NCBI GenBank assembly: GCA_030018935.1
Contig: JASEGZ010000004.1
Location: 918 to 64,917 of the forward strand
Direction: 5' to 3'
DNA length: 64,000 nucleotides
Origin: Syntrophales bacterium
GTDB lineage: Bacteria > Desulfobacterota > Syntrophia > Syntrophales > CG2-30-49-12
Positions 55,323 through 62,981 of the stretch are shown piece by piece. How positions within the stretch are numbered: position 1 is the first letter of the stretch; the number at the start of each line of letters is the position of its first letter. A program made the position numbers and the translations under genes. Below the pieces are notes generated by a model. It was not told the DNA's origin. It was given only the letters and a program-made list of their open reading frames with translations, and did no database searches.

Positions 55323-56483
55323 CTATCCCTCACCTCTCGGTAGATTCAACCCTATTCTTGCGATGGTATTTCGCTGAATTTCTGAAGCTCCTGCCGAAAT
55401 ATTGCGGCGGGCTGCATGGCGATAGAGACGCTCTATTCTTCCCATAAGGGGGGCCGAGGGGGAACCTTTCTGTAATTGACCGCAGGGTCCCATAATTTCC
55501 ATCGCCGTATTACTGAACCTCCTCATAAATTCGGTCATATATACTTTGACCATGGGCGCCTCCCAATTTGGGGCCATCTTATTCTCTATCAGCCATATCA
55601 CACGGTAGGCAATAAGATACAACGCCTGTAACTCGGTGGCCAGTTGGGCCACATGCTGTTGAACGAGAGGATCTTTGCCAAGCCCCTGATCTTTAATGTA
55701 GCCGACAAATTCTTCAAAGATACGTCGCAGCTCTCCCATGGGTAAAATCCTCTCGTAGGAAAGGGCAGTCAAGATATAATAAAACCCCCGGTTTTCTTCA
55801 CCGACCAGATTCTCTACCGGAACCTTAACATCATCATAAAAGACCTCGTTGCTCCTCTCACCATCCATAACCCATAAGGGGCGCACCGTGATACCCGGAG
55901 TCTTCATATCAACAATCAAAAGGGATATCCCTTTATGTTTGGGGACAGTGGGGTCTGTCCTGACGGCGAGCCATACATATTGAGTAAAATGGCATCCCGT
56001 GTTAAAAGTCTTCTGTCCATTTACGACGTAAAAATCCCCTTTTTTCTCCGCCCTGATCTGCAGATTGGCCAGGTCTGAGCCGGCTTCCGGCTCTGTGTAC
56101 CCCAGGGCAAAGTCAATCTCCCCCCTGGCTATCCTGGGAAGGTACTCTCTCTTCTGTGCCTCACTTCCGGAATGAAGCAGCATAGGTCCTACAATCGTAA
56201 CACCGCAAAGACCTAATGGTAAAGCTCTGTGGTACGACACTTCATCGGTGAGAATAAACTGCTGCCAGCGGGTGGCACCCATTCCTCCATATTCTTCTGG
56301 AAAAGCAGGAGCCAACCACTTTTTCTTGCCCAGCCTGCGCATGAGTTCCCATGTATGTGGCCCTATCCCTATCTCTGTCCCCCTTTCCACCTCTTCAATC
56401 ATCTCCTCGGTTACCTCTGCATCCAGGAAATGACAAACCTCTTCTCTAAATCTCTCTTCTTCCGGTGAAAAACGAAAATCCAT
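55323..56483 (-). CDS. acyl-CoA dehydrogenase
   Basis: Start ATG 56483. GYTEPEAGSDLA, and a C-terminal SAGASEIQRN region. Confidence 0.88.
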   Translation of the reverse strand: MDFRFSPEEERFREEVCHFLDAEVTEEMIEEVERGTEIGIGPHTWELMRRLGKKKWLAPAFPEEYGGMGATRWQQFILTDEVSYHRALPLGLCGVTIVGPMLLHSGSEAQKREYLPRIARGEIDFALGYTEPEAGSDLANLQIRAEKKGDFYVVNGQKTFNTGCHFTQYVWLAVRTDPTVPKHKGISLLIVDMKTPGITVRPLWVMDGERSNEVFYDDVKVPVENLVGEENRGFYYILTALSYERILPMGELRRIFEEFVGYIKDQGLGKDPLVQQHVAQLATELQALYLIAYRVIWLIENKMAPNWEAPMVKVYMTEFMRRFSNTAMEIMGPCGQLQKGSPSAPLMGRIERLYRHAARRNISAGASEIQRNTIARIGLNLPRGEG

Positions 56484-56515
56484 CCCAATCACCTCTTTCT
56501 TATTTTCAAGTTAAG

Positions 56516-57652
56516 TTAGTTAAGTCCCATTTCCCTGGCCACTATCCCCCGTTGAAAGGTGCCGTTACCTAAGGATAGAGCTGCCGCCTTGGCACGTCGG
56601 AAATAAAGTTGCATGTCGTGCTCTTTAATTAAACCCGTACCACCATGTATCTGCTGGCCTAAGGTGGTAATGTTGATATAGGCATCACTGATAAACGCCT
56701 TCGCCATTGCTATTTCCTTTTCACAGGGGATTCCCTCACTTAGCATCCATGCCGCATAGTAGGCAAGGTAACGAGAACAATCAAGATCAATGGCCATATT
56801 GGCACAGTGGTGTTGGATAGCCTGGAAGCTTCCTATGGGACGATTAAATTGCACCCGCTGTTTGGCATAATCTACTGTCATTTCCAGAACCTTTTGCGCC
56901 CCGCCGACCATCTCCGCACATTTAGCCAGAGCGGCTCGCTGCAATGTCCTTTCTAAATCTGCCGTACTCTGCTCCCCGTCGCCAAGGAGGTTTTCTGCAG
57001 ATACCTTCACATTATCAAATTTTATTTCAAACAGCTTATCCCCTGAAATGGTCATAAGAGGAGTAATGGATATACCAGGGCTTTCTTTATCTACGAGGAA
57101 AAGTCCCATAGCAGGACTCCCATTTTTTTCTCCCTTACCTCTTGTAACACAAACCATCCAGTCGGCAATATGGGCATCAGGTACACAGAGTTTGATACCA
57201 TTTAGAGAGAAAGTATCTCCCTCCCTTCTGGAAGTCATCTCGATCTTTGCTACATCGGAGCCCGATTGAGGTTCAATTATAGCCATGGTTCCCAGGGATT
57301 CACCGTTATTTATAGCAGGAAGCAGCCTTTTCTTCTGCTCTTCGTTACCGATATTAAGGATACTCTGTGCCCCCAGGAGGATAGTGGAAAAGAACCAGCT
57401 CGGTGCGCACGCTCTTCCCATTTCTTCCAGAAGCACCGCAAGATCAAGGAAATTACCTTCACTGCCACCATATTCAGATGGGAATATTAAACCCAGCCAG
57501 CCCATCTCTGCCATCTTCCGCCAGAGGGGAGGGGAAAATTCCCTCTTCCCTTCCTCTATCTCCCGTACCAGGCTTGTTGGACACTCTTTTGCCAGAAAAT
57601 TCCGGGTAGTTCTCTTTATTATCTCCTGTTCTTCATTCAAGGATAGATTCAT
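56516..57652 (-). CDS. acyl-CoA dehydrogenase
   Basis: LNEEQE..., AIIEPQSGSD, QIHGGTG. 378 aa. Confidence 0.88.
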   Translation of the reverse strand: MNLSLNEEQEIIKRTTRNFLAKECPTSLVREIEEGKREFSPPLWRKMAEMGWLGLIFPSEYGGSEGNFLDLAVLLEEMGRACAPSWFFSTILLGAQSILNIGNEEQKKRLLPAINNGESLGTMAIIEPQSGSDVAKIEMTSRREGDTFSLNGIKLCVPDAHIADWMVCVTRGKGEKNGSPAMGLFLVDKESPGISITPLMTISGDKLFEIKFDNVKVSAENLLGDGEQSTADLERTLQRAALAKCAEMVGGAQKVLEMTVDYAKQRVQFNRPIGSFQAIQHHCANMAIDLDCSRYLAYYAAWMLSEGIPCEKEIAMAKAFISDAYINITTLGQQIHGGTGLIKEHDMQLYFRRAKAAALSLGNGTFQRGIVAREMGLN

Positions 57653-57796
57653 TTTTTATCTCCTTTCCATAAACTCCAAAGTTTTTAAGTAAGAAATCCC
57701 ATTTCTACGCAAAGTTAATTTAAGTTATATCCCGGCTTCCGGAAACTATTGTGTAACTCGTTGATTTGATTTAGCATCGCTTTTCATTTTTATGGA

Positions 57797-58114
57797 CTAC
57801 ATGATCATTTTCGGCATTTTGAGTTGCATTTTGCTTATCAGTTCTCTCTGTTGCGCGTTGAGCTTAACCGGCTTCCGTGCTGTTTTGCCCGAAAGCTCCT
57901 CTATGCCTAAGCAGTTCATAAGAACACTGTCATATCCTCCATACTCTTCAGGAAGGGGCAGCAAATGGAATCCGTGATCTATCAGCATTTTGGCGACATC
58001 GAAAGGGAAATCCCCGATTTTATCTGTTTCCCCTATCTTCGGCTCTACTTCCTTGGATACTATCTTTCTAATTGCTTGCTGCACCATTCTTTGTTCTTCG
58101 GTAAGTTCATACAT
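57797..58114 (-). pseudogene. truncated duplicate of the 5-prime end of the acyl-CoA dehydrogenase at 54115-55272
   Basis: The first ~75 codons plus the 5-prime UTR (57891-58160) are near-identical to 55049-55321. The rest (GKTARKPVKLNAQQRELISK...) is unrelated. Confidence 0.8.
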
Positions 58115-58200
58115 ACTCCCTCTACACCTCCCTTTTTTTAACTTTCTCAAATTTAATTTTAAGTGATATATTTAGCTTTACCCATCCTTTGAGATCTGCT

Positions 58201-59370
58201 TCAAATAGACCTCCCGCCGATACTCTTCCGGGCAGATAAATAGTCCTCAATTATTACCCTTCCCAGATTATCCGAAGAGGTAAAGAAGACACGACCCGCA
58301 TTAATTTTAGCCAGTTGAGAGGCAAAATCTTTCAGCCCTGGTTTTTCCCCCAACATTATTATATTCAGGGTAATGTCTTCCCTTCTGTATTGGAGGGCTT
58401 CTTTTTTTACACCGGGTGCCGCTTTTTCAAATCCCACATACTTGCCATTTTCCGTATTAGGTTCGGTATCTGTAATAAGGTATACTTGTTTGTTTCCCCT
58501 TTCATTGCACAGAGCCCTCCTGCCGGCCAGTAGAGCGGCCTTTATATCTGTAGTGCCACCTAAAAGATTTATATTTAAGATATCCCAGTAGGATATTTCC
58601 TTGATCTGCGAGGAGTAAACGATAACCTTTAAAGTGTCGCCCGGTCTTTTTGTCCTCGCCAGAGCCAGACAGGTGCTGATGGCCGCATCTCTTTTCTCCT
58701 CACCCATGCTTCCGCTTTCATCAATCAATAAGGCCATGCTGATTTTACTTTCGTTGTTTTTCTCAAAAACCTCAAAGTCTTCCCGTTCTAAGGAAATAGG
58801 AGACTTTCTTCCTCTATGAGCATCGGAGATATTCTTTTCCGTTAATGCCTTTCTCTTTAGAGAATTAAGAAGTGTTTTTTGAATATCAACAGATCCGTAG
58901 GCATCGCCATACTTATATTTCCTCGTAGATAAGGCCAATTCCAGACCATAGCCCACCTCTTTTACTTTATAGGTGCCGGCTTCCCTTTTTTTCATCAGAT
59001 TTTCCAAATTGACCCTTGCTATATCTGCCAGTTTTTGACCGCCTTTTTGAGTTATTATCACCTGACCTTTTTCCAGTTTTAGATCGCCCTGCTCAACATA
59101 CCTTTCCAGGCAACCCTCTACATCTGCCGGTAGAATCCCATCGGCAAGATTTTCATAGCCACCCTCCACTTTAATATGATCCCCCGGTTCTTCACCCCTC
59201 ACCCTTTTCTTGACATGTTCGAGCGTTTTATCCCTGATGCTCCCCTTGCCGCCGTCCCTGAGATACTTGAGTAAATCTCTTACGGTGCGATTTTTAGAAT
59301 AGGCAAGCTCCTGCAAAATCTTATCCTGTTCCTCTTTCTGTTCAAACATGCATCTCTGGCAGAGTTCCAT
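58201..59370 (-). CDS. von Willebrand factor A (vWA) domain protein, ChlD/BchD-like partner
   Basis: C-terminal vWA domain with MIDAS LLIDESGSM, ...GGTTD..., ...ITDTEP. Its start abuts the stop of the upstream AAA+ gene (TAAATG junction). Confidence 0.8.
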   Translation of the reverse strand: MELCQRCMFEQKEEQDKILQELAYSKNRTVRDLLKYLRDGGKGSIRDKTLEHVKKRVRGEEPGDHIKVEGGYENLADGILPADVEGCLERYVEQGDLKLEKGQVIITQKGGQKLADIARVNLENLMKKREAGTYKVKEVGYGLELALSTRKYKYGDAYGSVDIQKTLLNSLKRKALTEKNISDAHRGRKSPISLEREDFEVFEKNNESKISMALLIDESGSMGEEKRDAAISTCLALARTKRPGDTLKVIVYSSQIKEISYWDILNINLLGGTTDIKAALLAGRRALCNERGNKQVYLITDTEPNTENGKYVGFEKAAPGVKKEALQYRREDITLNIIMLGEKPGLKDFASQLAKINAGRVFFTSSDNLGRVIIEDYLSARKSIGGRSI

Positions 59371-60894
59371 TTATCCTCTCCCCTTTGCCCAGCCGATCAT
59401 CGCCGGGGTAAAAATCCTGCCTTTGATTTCCTCTTCCGCTATTAGATTGCCGTGTAAGGCCGTATTTAAAACAGTCTCAAAAGCTGAATAGTTATATTGT
59501 TCCAGGGTTTCCTGGTCAGCGGCAGCCGGTTCCGTAAAGACTTCCTTCTCCCGTTCATTGAGCAACTCACCCTTTACCTTTTCCATTCCCACCATTTCCA
59601 TTTTCTTTATAACCCGGTTTAATTCCCCATATTTCTGAAGTTTAAGGGTGAGATTTTTAATTTCTTCAGAACATAAGATAACCTGCCTTATATCCTTCGC
59701 CAGTCTTTCCCTGTCACATTCTGCGAGGATAGAAAATCTCAGATTTTCAAAGGCGTTCCACAGTAAATCTTCGCTTACCTCATCGGTACGCTTAAAACTC
59801 TCCTCAGGATTTTCGAAGTCTATCAAATCAGGTTTCAATTCTATGCGACCGCGCAAGGCCAGCTTTAATCCAGCAACGGCATCCTGCAGATACCCCACTT
59901 TTCTATTTTCCAGTTCAGCACTGGCATAGGTATGGTCGAGCGCCCTGTAACTCCCCCTGAGACTTGTCCTTCTGTCTAACAACCCACATTTGCGGCTGTG
60001 ACTTATACTTTCATTCAAAAGATGCATTATCCACCAGGGTAGTACTACCTTCCTTTCATTCTCTTTCATGTTTATCTTCTGGGGGAGGCAATCCTCTTCT
60101 CTTCCCATATCCTGTAAGTAGTTCTCGGTTTTAAATTTTTCTCGCAGCATAATCTCCATTTCTATCTCTTTAGTGGGCAGGGGCATATAGATCAGTTCTA
60201 ACCTGTCTAAGAGGGGACGTGGAACCTCATTAACATGGGAAAAACCCTGCGGATTGCCAGTAGCCACGAGGACAATATCAAGAGGATGCTCCCAGTTGTA
60301 CTCTTCGAGGATGGCTTTCTTCTCCTCCAGGATAGGGTGTAACAGAACCTGAACCTTGGTTCGAATAGCCGGCAATTCATCAATAAATAAGATGCCCCGA
60401 TTAGCCCTGAAGATACCTGTGGCGGCAAAGGCCATGGCATCCGTTGGGCTTCTGCCCTGGACTATGGCCTGAATATCTACCAGGCCCAGTAATTTTGCTT
60501 CATCAGTATAGTCATTGCCCTGAATGCGGGAAAATCTACGTTCACCCGCTACCAGCTCATATTCTCTTACCGGATCTTCAATGCATCTTGGACATAATAA
60601 ATGAGCAGGCCACTTCGGATCATCATTATAAGGGCAATTTTTTATCCTCGGGATGGGAGATAAAAGCCTGGTCAAAGATTTGGCTAACCTTGTTTTCCCT
60701 GTCCCCTCTTCAGAAACCAGATAAATGTTGTAGCCGGAAAGTAACGCCCGTAGAACATCTCTTTTTGTTTCCTCCCGGCCTTGAATGTCCGGCAGTATCT
60801 CTTCTCCTTTCTTAATTTTCTGTAAAATGGAAGCCCTGAGTTGATTTACTACGGAAACTGGCTGGTAGCTGTCCAGATTAAATCTACTTTTCAC
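59371..60894 (-). CDS. ChlI/BchI-like AAA+ ATPase
   Basis: Walker A EEGTGKTRLA, Cys-rich insert NCPYNDDPKWPAHLLCPRC, Walker B GILFIDELP, and sensor region ATGNP...PLLDRL. This layout matches Mg-chelatase subunit I-type ATPases. GTG start after AAGGGGGA. Confidence 0.8.
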   Translation of the reverse strand: MKSRFNLDSYQPVSVVNQLRASILQKIKKGEEILPDIQGREETKRDVLRALLSGYNIYLVSEEGTGKTRLAKSLTRLLSPIPRIKNCPYNDDPKWPAHLLCPRCIEDPVREYELVAGERRFSRIQGNDYTDEAKLLGLVDIQAIVQGRSPTDAMAFAATGIFRANRGILFIDELPAIRTKVQVLLHPILEEKKAILEEYNWEHPLDIVLVATGNPQGFSHVNEVPRPLLDRLELIYMPLPTKEIEMEIMLREKFKTENYLQDMGREEDCLPQKINMKENERKVVLPWWIMHLLNESISHSRKCGLLDRRTSLRGSYRALDHTYASAELENRKVGYLQDAVAGLKLALRGRIELKPDLIDFENPEESFKRTDEVSEDLLWNAFENLRFSILAECDRERLAKDIRQVILCSEEIKNLTLKLQKYGELNRVIKKMEMVGMEKVKGELLNEREKEVFTEPAAADQETLEQYNYSAFETVLNTALHGNLIAEEEIKGRIFTPAMIGWAKGRG

Positions 60895-61123
60895 GAACTT
60901 ATCCCCCTTAAATTTTACGACTTAGAGCAAGAAGTCAGAAGATCGGACGCAAGAGACCGCCGCTATAACGCGGGGCCACGGAAGCGCCGCTTGTTGTTTC
61001 CACCAAGTAATTGCTTTTCTACATTTTAACAGGATTGTATGAAAAAGTCGAAACCGAAAAAAATCTTAATTCGCACTTGGAGCTTAAGAAGTCTAGAGTC
61101 TGAAGTTAAGTAAAGGTTCTGCT

Positions 61124-61151
61124 CACGACTCCTGACCCCCGACTCTCGACC
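61124..61151. repeat. heptamer-phased repeat (CGACTCC/TGACCCC/CGACTCT words)
   Basis: CACGACTCCTGACCCCCGACTCTCGACC, in the divergent intergenic region. Related to 17318-17346. Confidence 0.55.
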
Positions 61152-61355
61152 TAAGAAGAATTTTGCAGAATTAAAAATTTCATGATAAGAGTAGTAAACT
61201 ACCTTCACTCGAACAATTCGAAAATCTTTTAAATCATCGTCTCAAATAACGAAAGGGGGGATTTTAATTAAAGGGGATGCGGTAGTAATAAGTAATTCCA
61301 AAAGGGAAGGTTGTTTCATTTAACATTTAAGGAAATAAGAAAGGAGGAAGGTACG

Positions 61356-62924
61356 ATGGGAGAGATAATTCCAAAACTGGGGACGATTTCATTTGAGGAC
61401 CAGGCAAAAAAGGCCAGGCCTTACGATTGGGGATTTGGTTGTACACCCAGGGTTGCTAAACTAAGGGACGATTGCTATTCAAAGGCGGTAATAATAAAAG
61501 ATTGGGCTGATGTTGTTAGTGGATTGGGTGTGGTCAGCTTCCGAAAGGATGTAAGACTCGATGTTGATAGGGCAAGGATTGTTACGAAGGCTTTTAAAGA
61601 AACTGAAGGGAAACCGGTTGTATTACGAAAGGCAGAAGTTATGTCCAGGTTATGTGAAGAGATGCCCATCTTTATTAAACCGGGAGAGCTTATTGTGGGG
61701 GATCCTAATAGTGCACCCGATGAGGTGAGGTGGTATCCTGAAATTTCCGTATCCTATATACCGGAGTCATTGGAAACCGGCTTTAAGCATATGGTAACGC
61801 CCGAAGAGAAAAAAGAGATACTCGAGGAGATTTATGATTACTGGAAAGACAAATCACAGGAATGTTTAGTAGAGTCGGTTCTGCCAAAAGAGGTATCGCC
61901 GTTTGTACATCGCTCTCCAACTAACCCATGCTTTTTTGCAGATCTCTGGAATGCCGGACGGACATTGATGGACTATGATTACGAAAAAATTTTCCAGGGA
62001 GGTGTCAAAGGAAGGGTTGAAAAGGCAGAAGCAAAACTTAAGGAATTGGAAAGTAAATCCTTTGAAATGCATCCTGCTGATTATATCCATAAGAAGAATA
62101 CCTGGGGAGGTATGATTAAATGTGGAAAGGCGCTGATCAGATTTGCCCAAAGATATGCTGAACTTGCCAGGGAACAGGCGCAAAAAGAGCAGGACCCAGT
62201 TCGCAAAAAGGAATTAGAAGAGATTGCAGCCGTTTGTGAGTGGGTCCCGGCAAATCCCCCCCGTACTTTCCAGGAAGCGCTCCAGTTTTTCTGGTTTAAT
62301 GAGGTAGTTGGCAGGTTTCTTGCGATACCCGGCAATGGTTCGGGGTGTAGACTTGACCAGGTATGGTGGCCTTACTATGAGAAAGATATGAAAGAAGGAA
62401 AACTCACCAGGGCTAAGGCATTAGAGATGATAGAATGCTGGATGCTGAAAGTTCAGGAGGTAGGCAACTATATCGAACATCCTCAAACCTTCTCCCTGAC
62501 GGCTGGCACTGATGTACTCTATACGGCCAATATTGGCGGTTCGAGGCCTGATGGAAGGGATGCATCAAATGATCTGACCTGCCTGGTCCTGGAAGCAATG
62601 GCCGACGTTCGGATCAATCAACCTCCTGTCATGTTCCGTTATCACCGTAATGTAAATCCTGATGTAATAGAGAGGGTTATTGAACTGATCCGGGCTGGGA
62701 CCGGTCATCCGGCAATTTTTAATGAGGAACTACTGGAGAGGTGGGCATTGATGCGTGGTTATTCTCTTGAAGATGCCAAGAGGACCCAGGCGGCGGGGTG
62801 TGTGGCCATGACTTGTACAGGCAAACCTCTTTCTTCAGGTTTTTTCCCGGTAATAAGTTTTTTAGGCGCGCCCAAGATGATGGAATATGCCCTTTACCAG
62901 GGGAAAGATGCCTTTAGCCAGTAA
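61356..62924 (+). CDS. glycyl radical enzyme, N-terminal fragment (carries the catalytic Cys loop)
   Basis: Start ATG 61356 (AAAGGAGGAAGG upstream). DRARIV...IFIKPGELIVGD, and Cys loop AAGCVAM (Cys codon 62799-62801). Ends at TAA 62922 at a position that aligns with the middle of the 817-aa paralog. Confidence 0.85.
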   Translation: MGEIIPKLGTISFEDQAKKARPYDWGFGCTPRVAKLRDDCYSKAVIIKDWADVVSGLGVVSFRKDVRLDVDRARIVTKAFKETEGKPVVLRKAEVMSRLCEEMPIFIKPGELIVGDPNSAPDEVRWYPEISVSYIPESLETGFKHMVTPEEKKEILEEIYDYWKDKSQECLVESVLPKEVSPFVHRSPTNPCFFADLWNAGRTLMDYDYEKIFQGGVKGRVEKAEAKLKELESKSFEMHPADYIHKKNTWGGMIKCGKALIRFAQRYAELAREQAQKEQDPVRKKELEEIAAVCEWVPANPPRTFQEALQFFWFNEVVGRFLAIPGNGSGCRLDQVWWPYYEKDMKEGKLTRAKALEMIECWMLKVQEVGNYIEHPQTFSLTAGTDVLYTANIGGSRPDGRDASNDLTCLVLEAMADVRINQPPVMFRYHRNVNPDVIERVIELIRAGTGHPAIFNEELLERWALMRGYSLEDAKRTQAAGCVAMTCTGKPLSSGFFPVISFLGAPKMMEYALYQGKDAFSQ

Positions 62925-62928
62925 AAGC

Positions 62929-62963
62929 GGGATTGGGGCCAGAGCCCCAATCCCTTTATTTTT
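62929..62963 (+). terminator. intrinsic-terminator-like hairpin inside the split glycyl radical enzyme
   Basis: GGGATTGGGGC-CAGA-GCCCCAATCCC followed by TTTATTTTT, then AAAGGAGG (62965-62972) and ATG 62982. Confidence 0.6.
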
Positions 62964-62981
62964 GAAAGGAGGATAAATTCC

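Noticed and set aside
57653-57890. IS/transposase remnant next to the truncated ACAD copy
   Set aside because: The peptide ...RKPVKLNAQQRELISK... vaguely resembles transposase HTH regions. It is only ~30 residues with no terminal inverted repeats visible, so the evidence is insufficient.
60895-61355. Sigma-54 (TGGCAC-N5-TTGC) promoters in the divergent GRE intergenic region
   Set aside because: I scanned both strands by eye and found no GG-N10-GC element with acceptable flanks. No promoter call is made there.
62922-62924. Selenocysteine or programmed readthrough joining the two GRE halves
   Set aside because: The stop is TAA, not TGA. The spacer contains a terminator-like hairpin and an RBS with ATG in a different register, which is consistent with two separate translation units rather than recoding.
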